Source: Amoebidium appalachense (Eukaryota > Protista > Ichthyosporea). From it: a stretch of DNA of 64,000 nucleotides. The notes beneath the pieces were generated by a model, which saw nothing but the letters and a program-made list of their open reading frames with translations, ran no database searches and was not told the DNA's origin. The stretch lies in contig CAVNZM010000017.1 in assembly GCA_963693365.1 (NCBI GenBank), forward strand, positions 4,073,375-4,137,374, in the 5' to 3' direction. The position numbers and the translations under genes are program-made. Shown here one piece after another: positions 1 through 51,144 of this stretch; positions within the stretch are counted from its first letter, which is position 1; each line of letters begins with the position of its first letter.

Positions 1-276
1 ACTACCTTTTAAGGTCTGCCACACGACAGATACAATAGCATCCGCCAGCTGGAGCCATTTCCGATCCTTTCTTGTATCGACACCCAGAAAAGTGTAGGAT
101 GGGTTACAGGCTTCTTGTGGGATGGGGTCTCTGCATAAGAGTATGTATATTTTTCCTTTCTGATTCCCCTTACCTTCTTCATCTCATCCTAAAGTTTCCG
201 AGTCGTGTCCCTCTCGTACCCTTCCCCCGAGAGCTTAGTGCTAAGTGTGTTGTGCTGTTTACGGCCCCCCCCCCCC

Positions 277-316
<40 letters not shown>

Positions 317-973
317 TCTCTCTCTCTCTCTCTGTGTGTGTGTCTGTGTGTGTCTGGTTGTGTGGTGCACAGGTGGGTGCAAGCGAAAGGTGACTTTCGT
401 GCAACTCCCATTTTCTCAGGGGGGAGAAGGGGGGGGAGGGGGGAGGAGAGAAGAGGGGTTGGAGGGGGAGGGGGGTGATACATGCCCTTTGCCTGTTCCT
501 CTAACTTTAAAAGGCGGGATTTCTGTTCAACCCATGCTTCACACCACGCCATTTTCAACGCATCAACCCATGACCATCTTCTAGATTTTATGAACTCCGC
601 ATGCCCCCCCCCCCCCCCCCCCCCCCCTTCCCCCCCCTCCCCCCTCCCCCCGCCCCGCCTCCCCCATCCCCCCCCACCCAACCCTACCTTCTTCCCTCAC
701 TGCCATGCACATACACACATTCACACGTGTCACAAAAGAATTTTACACTCAATCTGATGGAATGCATATACATATGTAATATATAAGTATGCATGACTTA
801 ACTCGACAGTTATCTCATGTCGGTCTTACTTGTGGGGCGTTGCTTCTCTTCACACACACAACGAACCGCCCTTTGTCCCCCCCCCCCCCCCCCCCCCTCC
901 CCCAGCTTGCACATTCCTCCTTACGATAGGAAAATAACCTGGACCATTGTCCCCCCCCCCCCCTCTCCCTCCC

Positions 974-1004
<31 letters not shown>

Positions 1005-1331
1005 ACGCACACACACACACACACGTTCCCTCCTCTTCTCTCGTCTCATGAACGGGGACCTGATGGAATGTTGCATGCGTGAAATCCCCCCCGTTCCCCC
1101 ACCCTCCCCCCACCCTTCCCCCTCCCCCCCCATGGGCTCTGCTTATGATGCATAACCTTTTTGTGTGGTTATTCTAACCCCCCCCCCTCCCCCCCCCCCT
1201 TAAAAAACCCCCCCCATCCCCCCCCCCTCCTCCCCCCCATCCCCCCCGAGAAAAAAAAAAAAAAAAAAGAAAAAAGAAAAAACACCAACACATACACAAA
1301 AAAAAAAATAGTATAAGTTAAGAAAGAACCA

Positions 1332-11912
<10,581 letters not shown>

Positions 11913-12234
11913 GTATATGTCACCATGTGCTATGTATGGCATGTGGTTTTTTTTTTTTTTTTTTTTTTTTTTGAAGTATGAGATGTGCTGCGTGTTATAT
12001 GGTGTTTAGTCTTGTTTGATGGGGTAAGGAGAACGGAGGGAGGATGATAGGTGGCTATTAGTTTCTGCTGATATTGTCATTAGACACATGAAGAGAGGCG
12101 TATTGTGCACGTGTGCACATAACACCGAGAAATTCTACACACAAACACATGCGCGCGCACAAATTTTCTCGCGCACACGCATACGCAGCATACGCACGTG
12201 CACGCAAGCATCCTTGCACGTACGCACACACGCG

Positions 12235-12293
<59 letters not shown>

Positions 12294-12365
12294 ACGCACA
12301 CGCACACGCACACGCACACGCACACGCACACGCACACGCACACGCACACGCACACGCACACGCAC

Positions 12366-12443
<78 letters not shown>

Positions 12444-12956
12444 GACACACACTTCTGCATTCTCAAAACAATAATTCTCATCTAGGTGTAGCCGTTTTTT
12501 TTGTAGCATGCAAGATGGTGTTGCCACAGTGATTATTACGATTTATGTCACCCGGCTTAGCCTGTCTTTTGTCAGATGTCGTTAAATAAGTGCTGTGTGA
12601 TAGTGTCCCTTTTTTGTCCCGCTTGCTGGTGTAAAACCTTGTGGCAGTAGGATGCAAGAGGTACGTTTAGGAGGAGGGATATTTTGACTCGCTTGTGTAA
12701 GGCAAGGGGTATTTTTAGGAGGGATGTGTGAGAGCTTATTTGCAGGTCCGCCATGGATGGTGGAATTCTGAGCTGTATTCCTTCATGTCATGCTAAGCTC
12801 TACTATTAGTAAGTAGAACAGTATCGTCTTAGTGTGGATAATCCTGTGATGTAGCGATTAACTTTCGCATGAAATAGGATAGGCATACCGTCAATGAAAT
12901 ATTATTCATTATCGGTGACCGCTTCAGTGTTTGGCTATCTGGCCTGTGCCATAGTA

Positions 12957-13003
<47 letters not shown>

Positions 13004-13578
13004 CCCTCCGCCCCGCCCCGCCCAAAAAACATATAAATAATATGTAAACAAATAAAACTTCCGTCTTCTCGTGCACCCGCTTAGGCTGGAGCTTGTTCCC
13101 TCTGCATCAATTCAACGATACATGACCCTTCGATCGATGATTGCATTTTGTTGTGTTCGGTTTGCTGTTTACTATGCAGAGAACCAGATGTTTCTTTTGG
13201 GCAAAGCTTCGTCTAGATCTCCACATACTTGTGCGGTCTTGCAAATTTGGCATTGCATGTTCGACCATTCTATAGCTAAATGCACGAACATGATATATCA
13301 TTATACCTCTCTGTGATGTTTTGCAATTGAGGGGCACATCGACTGATATAGCTGCCTGGTCATGGCCGGGTAGAATAAACAATTCGCACATACTATGTGT
13401 ATTTGCCTACCCTGCGCGCCCATGCATATGGCAGCTGTATCACCAGTCTCGCATTAGTCTCATTATAATAGTGGCAATCTGAAACACTGCAGCTGCCATG
13501 GCAGACTTTAGAATTTATGGGTAACGGTCTCACTCAGCTGCACTGGAAACCGGAAATTTCAGAAGGTGGTGGTGGTGT

Positions 13579-13621
<43 letters not shown>

Positions 13622-13651
13622 TTTGCACGGTCGTGTGTGTGTGTGTGTGTG

Positions 13652-13691
<40 letters not shown>

Positions 13692-13704
13692 TTTGCACGG
13701 TCAT

Positions 13705-13746
<42 letters not shown>

Positions 13747-13913
13747 CTGTGCGTGTGTGCGTGTGTGTAATCTGGGGGGGGGGGGGGGGGGGGGGGGGGG
13801 TTTGAATGCGGAAAACGGTACGAAGTACGCATACACGACGAGAAGCATGGTGCAGGACACATGCAAAGGCAAACATTCAAGTATGCAACATCAGCCATGT
13901 GCACAGTATGCGT

Positions 13914-14074
13914 CATAAGCAGAGCCCATCCTCAGGGAGGACCCAAGTCATCAATTGCGTCTGAGTTTCGACCCCTTAGCCCGCGTATATACGACGCTCC
14001 AACTCAGACAGCAGCATCAACTGAACTTGGGCGGGTCAACCCGTCTTGATCAAAGACGAGCAGGGTTGCTTATG
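13914..14074 (-). ncRNA. Structured double-pseudoknot RNA motif, hammerhead-like core words (copy A)
   Basis: Minus-strand helices CAUAAGCA/UGCUUAUG, CUCGUCUU/AAGACGGG, GACCC/GGGUC, CCCAAGU/ACUUGGG, UCUGAGU/ACUCAGA and GGAG/CUCC; CUGAGGA and GAAA present. Confidence 0.7.
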
Positions 14075-14365
14075 CAAGCAATGTGAGCAAAACGGTGCAG
14101 ATGTGTGTGCAAACTAATGCAGTGCAGCGAAAAATGCGTATGTGCTTACAGATGCACGACACAGAGCAACCATGCCCGGTTGCATGGAAGTAAAGCGGTC
14201 TCCACACAGTGGTCTGTCCTGAAAGGACACCTCTGAAAGAAGACTGGGGGGGTTTGAATGCGGAAAACGGTACGAAGTACGCATACACGACGAGAAGCAT
14301 GGTGCAGGACACATGCAAAGGCAAACATTCAAGTATGCAACATCAGCCATGTGCACAGTATGCGT

Positions 14366-14526
14366 CATAAGCAGAGCCCATCCTCAGGGAGGACCCAAGT
14401 CATCAATTGCGTCTGAGTTTCGACCCCTTAGCCCGCGTATATACGACGCTCCAACTCAGACAGCAGCATCAACTGAACTTGGGCGGGTCAACCCGTCTTG
14501 ATCAAAGACGAGCAGGGTTGCTTATG
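14366..14526 (-). ncRNA. Structured RNA motif (copy B, identical to A)
   Basis: Same sequence as 13914-14074. Confidence 0.7.
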
Positions 14527-15557
14527 CAAGCAATGTGAGCAAAACGGTGCAGATGTGTGTGCAAACTAATGCAGTGCAGCGAAAAATGCGTATGTGCTTA
14601 CAGATGCACGACACAGAGCAACCATGCCCGGTTGCATGGAAGTAAAGCGGATGGATTCTGAAGCTGAAGGTCTGCCTGTTCTTTCTTATTGATCATCACG
14701 TATAAGCTATTTGCAGTGATAGTTGCCACGAGTGTGATCCCGTGTTACTCAGACAGTCATTTGTTACGTTGCATTTCAGGGAGAGGGGCCGGGCCAGCCC
14801 ACTCCACAGGTGAATTTCAAATTTGCAACATTTTCACCGTGACCCCCTAATTAACAAATGGAGTTGGTGTTGCAATATGGACACGACACTTGTGCATATG
14901 CTAACTACATACATAACATACCACGTGTTACGGTCTGCTGTGTGTGCAAGAGTCTATAACACGCGCATAGCAAGCGTGCAAATGTGTGTGTGTCGCCATT
15001 TTTTTCCCCTGTGCAAGGACAAATGGTGATCAGTAATGTGTGGTTATGTGTTGCCTAACGCTAGCGCATGCGGTACCCGGACTTGAATCAAAGTCACTGA
15101 GTTTTTATTTTTTAACACCGAGAGCTCAGTAGCCCGATGCTTCTAATCCAACGGGCATTACAAGAAAGCAACCTGAAACAGTGGTGGTATGTCCATACGG
15201 GAAACGTGATTTTACGAACACGAAATAAAAAGGACAACGGGCTGCCGTTAGTAATTGTCACGTGCTAATTGATATCAAAAAGCATAGGATTTCGGTGAAA
15301 AAAAGGTGGAAAAAGGAAAATCATTCAGGACAATCATATCCTAATCCCCTCAATCCCTTCTCCTCCCCCCCCCCCCCCCCCCCCCCCCCCCCTCTCCTGC
15401 CGCCCACAAACACACACACGAAAACCTCCACTTAGCAAAGCAAAAACCCCTCCACCATCCACGTGCACACGTAAGCCATTTTGCCGAGGAAACCAACTCG
15501 AAGAAATACGGAAATGCCACAACACCACAAGGTGGCTTGTCACCATCACAGCACCCC

Positions 15558-15588
<31 letters not shown>

Positions 15589-15601
15589 CCCCCGCGGGGA
15601 A

Positions 15602-33799
<18,198 letters not shown>

Positions 33800-34474
33800 G
33801 TTGCCTGTGGTGAACGAGTCTGAGAGGGCAACATTATTAAGCACAATCTCAGTTCTGTGGTCTGATGTGACACACGCACGAGAGTGATTTTAATGCCAAA
33901 AAAGTTAAAAGGCACAAAATAAAAACACAATTGGGTTTTTAGCACAAGAAACACGCACGTAGGTTGATTGCATAAAAAACATTAGGTCATCGGTGCATGA
34001 CCCTCGGAGTGCACGTACAAGCACCAAGTGATCCTGGTAAGCAGAAGCAGAAAGCAAGACGTTAACGTCCACGTTCCGTACTTCATCTATGTGACGAATG
34101 TGTGCATATGCTAGCAAGAAGTGAGCCCGTTTTGCCAACGAACCCTTAGGCAACATTCATTTCATGCCGTACCCATCGTAACATGAGAATGAACAACCAA
34201 CTGGCAGCGGGATCACTTGTAACGCTAACTTCTACAAATCAATACGCCTGCAAGAAACCAAACTTCAAACATACCTTTCCAGCCCCTTTTCTCTGCCTTT
34301 ACGCTGCCACAACACTGACCACCGCTTTCGAAAGCTTGGAAGGCTTCGGTTTTCAAAATTTTTCCTCTCCGAATTCTATCTCAAGTAGGCTAGTATCTTG
34401 TTACAGAAAAGGCTCTGTAGAGCACCATTCTTACACAACCTACGTTGAACGAGCTAAAACGGTTGAGGGCATGT

Positions 34475-34603
34475 AGACCGTTAGTGTGTGCAACAGTGTG
34501 TGTGTGTGTGTGCTACTTGTAGCGCTTGTGCGAGCTTGTAGACCGTTAGTGTGTGCAACAGTGTGTGTGTGTGTGTGCTACTTGTAGCGCTTGTGCGAGC
34601 TTG
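34475..34603. repeat. ~64-bp tandem duplication
   Basis: 'gtagaccgttagtgtgtgcaacagtgtg...ctacttgtagcgcttgtgcgagcttg' occurs twice. Confidence 0.85.
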
Positions 34604-35452
34604 CTTGCGGCACGTGTGCGTGTGTATTTGCGAAAGCGAGAATCCGTGTGTTCGACTTCTCGGCGGTTTCCAACAACTCTTCAAATCATGATACGGGCAT
34701 CACCTAATCAGACACAACATTTTACCCTACTCAAAAACAAGCACCTGTTGCTTTGTTACTCAATCAAAATTTGGTGAATATTTTAAATTACTGCTACTAA
34801 AACGATTAAAAGCTAACGGTAAGGAGTGCAGGAGGTTTCTCTTCGCAGTCTGGCACGAAATCTTTGGCGCCAAAACATTGGCAAAACAATAGGCGTGATG
34901 TGAACCCAATCAGGTCTCGGGCCGAACATTCCACAGTGAATTTCCACAAGTGTTGGTAAACCCCCAATTTCCACTGAGATTTTGTCCTACTCTTCAGAGC
35001 GAGAGACAAACTCATGTGCCAAGGCTTGCGTTTGTCTGTCGTCGTCATCATATGTCATCACCTGCATCTAATTTCTAATGCTTTCTTGAAGCCACATACG
35101 CACTGACGGACCAATGACAATATTAAAGAGTACTATGGTAGATCGAGCTTCAAAGCTGATGCCGAACACAGAAACCTTACCACTTCTTCGGTGAACATCA
35201 ACCCACCCAGCCCACCTCCTTTTCTCTGGATTGGCAACCACAACTACGCCAATTTGTAATAAATACCCTAAGCTACTTGCTCTGCGTGAGCATTGCATTC
35301 TGAGATACTCACACGGACCTCAAGACATGATGTTCTTCGTTTCCGAGCCAGGGTCAGGAGTCCAGCCCTGTTAGTATTTTCTCATTTTGATCGTGCGAAG
35401 TCTTCTTTTCTCAACTCTACTCGACAAATAGCACGGGAGAAAAACCTGAGCC

Positions 35453-36091
35453 ATGGCGAGTCAACAGGATGAGGATACGCAGAACAGCAAAGGTGGCACC
35501 AGCAAACTGCAGGAAGAAAGCGAGAACGAGGTACAACATGAATCTGGTGACGAAGGTAACGAAGATGCACAAGAATCAGGCTCTTTTCCTGTGGAAATAA
35601 TCGGTGTTTTGGCTGTGTTTGGGTGCGTTGGTGTTATGCTAATGGATCGTCGAGTCTTTAACTATGAACGGGTAACATGGGCACTGCGTTTCATCTTCTG
35701 GACACAGATGCTGCTCGTAGGTTGTGCGAGCATTCAACCCATCTCTCTCTGTTATAGATTTACCAATGTTGCTTTCGTTGCATGGCAACCGACTGAAAGA
35801 AGAAAAGGATTACTGTTTGTACGTTCTGTTATGGCTGTGCTTTTGGCCGTGCTTGTAAAGCCAAACGTGGCTCTTTGTGGGATGTTGGTGTGCTCTGGCT
35901 TCGTGTCCACTTTGGATGCGATTATTAGATGGGACATGCACAGAGTTAGGCTCACGCCCTTAATCATCGGTCTGTGGGTTGTGATGCTCGGTTTCCTAAT
36001 ATGGAAGGTGGACTCTACGGTAGAGGCTCTGTCGTTGTTGGAACCTAGGGGTTGGTTGCTTGTCCAAAAGCCACCTGTGGATATTGAGTAA
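35453..36091 (+). CDS. Hypothetical membrane protein (acidic N-terminus, several hydrophobic segments)
   Basis: 212-aa complex-sequence ORF with ATG in a homopolymer-free region; no family recognised. Confidence 0.5.
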   Translation: MASQQDEDTQNSKGGTSKLQEESENEVQHESGDEGNEDAQESGSFPVEIIGVLAVFGCVGVMLMDRRVFNYERVTWALRFIFWTQMLLVGCASIQPISLCYRFTNVAFVAWQPTERRKGLLFVRSVMAVLLAVLVKPNVALCGMLVCSGFVSTLDAIIRWDMHRVRLTPLIIGLWVVMLGFLIWKVDSTVEALSLLEPRGWLLVQKPPVDIE

Positions 36092-36585
36092 AGCTGTGCA
36101 AATTTTTGTTTTTCAATGTTTCAACAATTCACACACTACGTGCACATGTACTGTCCCATGCGCATAATCTGAATGTTTTTGTACTTGGAGTATGTTATGA
36201 AACCGGTTATGGTTTTGCACCACTAACCTTGACTGTACTTCCCTGTTACTGTGTGTAATTTTACGTGTACCGAAAAATTAGTTTGCCGCAAAAAGTAAGT
36301 GAAATAAAAAGGATAGTGAGTTCCGAATCGCAACAGTACCCTTTAATTCTGTGCCGTTCCCTTTATCCACCTCCCCCCTTCCCCCCCCTCCCCCCTCCTC
36401 CCCCCCTCCCCACACACACACACACAACGCATAGACCTTTTTATTTTAATGAAGGAATAACAAAAATTGAAAGAAATCGTGGCAAGGCATGGTGGAGGTT
36501 GGTGTTTGAGACCCCCTCCCTCCCCCCTGCCCCCCCCCCCCCCCCCCCCCCCCTCGGCCTACCGACGTGTCACCACTAATCAATG

Positions 36586-36616
<31 letters not shown>

Positions 36617-37961
36617 GGGCCCCCCCACGAAGGCTCCGTGGCATGGCGTGTGCCAACCCCACTCCCACCACCACCAATGCCCCCTTTTTTGTGGCGTTGC
36701 CCGTACATATTAAGGCCTTTTAAACTCAGCCACGGCCTGGGTACACTCGTGTTAGAGCCTTTTGTAATGGTTTTCAAAAATGACAATGTGCTCAGTCGGT
36801 TCCCGGGTTGTGGTCAGGGGTCCGGGCAAGCAGAAAGGACGGAGGGGGGGTCGACGAGAGGAGGGGAAGACGGCCATGGACATGTTACATGTACATACGC
36901 TCAAATGCCATTGTACGGTGGGCATAACGAGCAGTGCACGTGCCACGTTCGATGAGCCGCTCAAGGCTTGAGTGGTGATGGCACTAATTGCATTGTCATG
37001 TATGTTACAAGGAACAAGTTGGGTCGCAGACAATTTTAGTATGGGATTGCTAAAACGGTTTACAAGGTCTTTTTTGGAAAATTGATCGGGAACCGTGGTG
37101 TGGGATGAGGGGGAGAGGGGGGGGGGGGGGGGGGGGGGGAGGAGAGGGAGGGGGGGGGGGGGGGGGGGAGGTATCCACATGACTCAGAGCAAGTGATCTT
37201 AAACGCTTATGCTGTTTCAAAGTTAACTTATCATTCAATGATTCTCATGATTCAGCGACTCTGTGTTTAATAGATCATATTGAATTATTCAGCTAAACCC
37301 ATGCCTACACCTTGAATAAGTACTTAGTGACCGAGCAGAGATACAAGCCGCATACGTCGCCATAAAAAAAAGAGGAAGAAGACGAAAGAAAAAAAAAGTG
37401 GGGGTAGGGGATTAAGAAACTACGCTTGCCCAACCACCTGCCGCTGGGATCCCATATAAGCACTGAAACCCAATGCATGACCATGAAGGATCTAAGAAGA
37501 AGAACAATTATTCTGTTTACGCGCATAACAGTCAGGTGTACATGTGCGCCTGAAAATCTATACGGATGACGTGTACAACATTAATTTTCCTCCTTGAATA
37601 TGTAATGGGCTGAAATGGAATGGAAAACCTCACGCCCAACGAGCGGGAGGAGGCGCCGTGGAGGGGGGGGGGGGGGGGGGGGGGGGGGGATGGAATGTGG
37701 CCAGCTATCGTCATGTTGCTCGGGGGGGGGGGGGGGGGGGGGGGGAAGGTCTAAGCCGTTTGCAACGCTCCAAACTAACGCCTTTAACCCAAGAAGAAAA
37801 ACACCTTTGCGAAATAAGAGAGAAAGGGAAAAGAAAGGGAAAACAGAAAAAAAAATGATGAGGTTTGTGGCAGAATGTGCTGCACCAAAGATTAACTCAA
37901 TGAACAAATAAAAACTACAATAATTATAAATATGAAACTAAATTATTTCTGGTGCTAGGTA

Positions 37962-47850
<9,889 letters not shown>

Positions 47851-47918
47851 TTCCGAATATCGTGTCAATGCACTGTGTGCGGGAGAAGGACCGTTAGCTT
47901 TACGTTGAAAGCGCGGAG

Positions 47919-47952
<34 letters not shown>

Positions 47953-49247
47953 GGGGGGGGGGGAGGGGGAGGGGGGGGAGGGGAGATGGGTAGAAGGAAA
48001 CCAAACAGAGCGTAACTTAGTGAATTTTATTTCTGTCGAGAGCATTGTGTGTCTGTGATTGACATTGTGTATGCTTACAGGTGTGTCCCTGAAAGAATTG
48101 AAAGTGCGCAACGTAGGTTTTCCGTAACAGTGCAACTGTGTGCAACAAGTGAATGTGAACCAAGGAAGAGTGAAATGTGTAATGCAATCGTGCAATATAG
48201 TTGTGTGTGTACCTATTGCAACAGGTATGTGTGGCCGGTACACAATTTTCTCGTGCGACTGAGCACAGCTGTTCACAATCGTACGTGTGCTCTAGTTTTA
48301 AAGTCACTTAATAAACTTAACTCTGCGTGAGTTGTAGTCCTTGTTCTTGCTTTCAACTAACCGCCTAACGCCGTTTACAAGCACTGTTGGCAGAATATAG
48401 AAGAGGGAATAAAGTCAATATCTTGAGTTGTATTCAAGGTGACCATGGGCTTTTGGTAATCCAGTGATGGCGGATGCAAGATTATCTGTTCGAGACGGAT
48501 CTTCACTGTGTGACCTGCTCGCCCATGTTCCAGGACAAATTAGGAAACCATCTATAGAACCTCCTTTTTCCGTCCTCTCCCTCTTCCCTAACATTTGTTC
48601 CACGACACTCCTTTCTCTTCACCGTTCTCCCTTCGCTCTCACTCACATCTCTAGGATCACACAAAGACACTCAGAAAGGAACGTACCTCTTTCACGCTCT
48701 CTCGGCTCCTCTTTCGCCCTCCCCCTTCTTTTAGGCCCGCTTTATATTACAACTCACAGAAACACACAGTAACTTTCTAACTATACGTAGTAACCCTAAA
48801 CCCTTGCACCTCTTCGAAGCTGAAAGTGTTGGTGCTTCGAACTTTGGCGCAAAAGAAAAGGCCTACCGTTTATGGTAGTGGTGCTAGGTATGGGGGGACG
48901 CATCTTGGTGCCATTTTAACCAATCATGAGTGAGTTATGCGTCTTCAATACCTAAATGGGTTCTGAAAGGTTTACTAATTTGGACGTCTCTTGTTTTGCC
49001 AAAATGCCGTTTGGGCAATCTGTTAATATGAGTAAAACGTGAAGTAAATAACATGCCTTATATATATGTATATAAATGCACAAATATGTAGTTATATAAG
49101 CCATAATATTATCTTTTAAGGAGATTTTAGGCTGTTTCATATATCCGAGTAGTCTCATGAAAGATCATGTGGTGGGTTTCTAGAGGGAAGTTTCTGAGCC
49201 GGATATAGTGTTTCTGTCATTAAGGCCATACGACTGTGGTGGAATAA

Positions 49248-49255
49248 TGACGTCA
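49248..49255. promoter_or_regulatory. TGACGTCA (CRE/bZIP-type palindrome), also kept at 54927-54934
   Basis: aaTGACGTCAcatt is retained upstream of both gene copies while the flanks diverge. Confidence 0.35.
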
Positions 49256-49531
49256 CATTACCAAGCATCGAGAGACGCCCTTTTTTTCGCAAAGCTGGCC
49301 CTTTTTTTTTGTTGTCCAGCTGCAGCCTTCCAGTGTCACTCACTCTCTTACCCCTCTTTTTGCCTGCTTTGTTGGATGTTTTTTTTGGGGGTCACCTGCC
49401 CATTTGGAAGCCACACGTCACATACGACACATAACCTCACCTCGAAATTATTGGCACAAACATATACTGTAACGAGCTCCGTAACATCAGCACACTTTTT
49501 CTCCTCTCCCCTCTCCCCGGAAGGAGTCACC

Positions 49532-50224
49532 ATGTCAGGCAAAAAGATCGTCGTTCTGCAAGGCATAGGCGAAGGGGGAGATGAATTCTTTCTCAACAAA
49601 CTTGAGTCCCATCTTTCCGCCACGTCACAGCGCACATCCCACTCCGTCCACCATGTAGACTTTGGTCACGGAAAAAACGCAGATGCCGCCAGGGCAGAAC
49701 TAACCACTCTGCTTTCCTCCGGGGCAGTTTCTTCCTTCCTCTTCCCAAGTTTGTTTGACCAGGTGCGCGGCGGAAAGAAGTCAGACATTTTCGTCCCCGA
49801 GGTGATTGCCGCCGTGTGCTCGTTCGTTGCAAACGGGGGTGTCGTTGTGTTCTTTGGTGGGGATGTTGATGTTTCACTTCTTGGTCGAGTCTTCAACAAA
49901 AAAGATTGGAAGTATGCGGAGTATCGTGCTACGAGCTGGGAGCTCTTCCAAGAAGCAGTTGCGAGCGTGTTTCCTTCCTCGCTTTCTGCTTGTCTGCCCC
50001 GAGGCTACAGTACAAAAACCACCACCATCTTGACATCCGATCCGAAGGAAAGACTCTATATTGAGGCACGGAGTGACTTGGAGAGAAACGACGCACTCTG
50101 GGCGTGGTTTGCCTACGGCTATGGGCGAGTGTTTATGTGCGGGGATGCCAATTTTGAGAAGGAAACACTGCAGGTTGTTGGGATTATATGCGAGTATGCG
50201 GCACAGACGCAGAAGGGAAACTAG
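49532..50224 (+). CDS. Intronless 230-aa hypothetical protein, possibly class I glutamine-amidotransferase-like fold
   Basis: MSGKKIVVLQG...FVANGGVVVF...YGYGRVFMCGDANFE. The FVxxGGxVV and GxGRVxxxGD motifs recall GATase-like folds, and a paralog at 55077 conserves them. Confidence 0.75.
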   Translation: MSGKKIVVLQGIGEGGDEFFLNKLESHLSATSQRTSHSVHHVDFGHGKNADAARAELTTLLSSGAVSSFLFPSLFDQVRGGKKSDIFVPEVIAAVCSFVANGGVVVFFGGDVDVSLLGRVFNKKDWKYAEYRATSWELFQEAVASVFPSSLSACLPRGYSTKTTTILTSDPKERLYIEARSDLERNDALWAWFAYGYGRVFMCGDANFEKETLQVVGIICEYAAQTQKGN

Positions 50225-50463
50225 CTTTAGAAGCGTACGAGATGTAAATATCATATATGCTAAGCCTATCAGTGGTTGATTCACCGAGGTGGTTTGTTGG
50301 ATGATTGCAGATTGTGGTAAGTTGGATATACCGGTACGTACGAGGGGACGAATGCTATGAGGTTTCTTGAAATATGGAGACGATCACAACCTCACAAACG
50401 CAAAACGTTTCTATGGGTAGGTGTGAATGGTTTCCCGGGCGGGCGGGTGGGGCGGGGCGGTGT

Positions 50464-50525
<62 letters not shown>

Positions 50526-51109
50526 AACGGACATGTATCGAGGTTTCAGGTGTCAAGCAGCAGTTTCGTGTGTGAGCATTTGACCTATTGGGTATATGCT
50601 TGTATGTAAATCCTTGGTTCAGATTTCATAATACAAGTGGGTATGGCCCCCGGGAGGAAACGGGGGGGGGGGGGGGGGGTTAGTGGCAAGGTTCATGAGT
50701 GCATCAAAGCTTGTAGTGGCTAATTCAGTTAGCAAATTGTTTTGCTTGGGGCACCGGTACCGGTTGGGTTTGCTTGATGTGCTCCTGTATTGAGTACACA
50801 GATTGATTTATCAAGCATGGAAAACCGTGGGCACCAAATATATCATAAATATCGCCGGTTACTCGCATCATTTACTAAATGTATGTTGTATACTACTTTT
50901 TGTGGCATCAACTACTATGATGTTTATTAGCCCAAAGATTTCCATATACCAGCCTTGGTTTATCTGAAACAGGCTCTATCTTCAGGTACGGTATTGATAC
51001 AGTTACAACCAAAAAAGTCACCGATGTACTGATTTTCTGCGGAAAAGTATTCATATATTCACGTCAATGACTCTGCCCGTGATGGACACCCCCCCCCCCT
51101 CACCCCCCC

Positions 51110-51144
<35 letters not shown>

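Larger units (their letters stand above)
13801..14650 (-). mobile_element. Tandem pair of identical ~398-bp repeat-family units (13801-14198, 14253-14650), each with the structured RNA motif
   Basis: Both units run from 'tttgaatgcggaaaacgg' to 'gtaaagcgg', period 452, each preceded by a G tract. The ORF track shows identical peptides offset by 452. Confidence 0.9.

Noticed and set aside
12279-12366. (CACACG)n hexamer tract
   Set aside because: Ordinary microsatellite variant within a CA array.
13920-13975. Simple type II hammerhead (GGGGUC paired with GGCUCU after CUGANGA)
   Set aside because: Pairing fails in copies C and D; covariation instead favours the upstream GACNN strand.
13970-14040. 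HDV-like ribozyme reading of the motif (GGCUAAG before a pseudoknot strand)
   Set aside because: No P3/L3 in the required place, and the would-be catalytic C is U in copies C, D and E.
49208-49531. Upstream extension of the 338-aa ORF
   Set aside because: Starts at a non-ATG codon and is not conserved in the paralog; ATG 49532 preferred.
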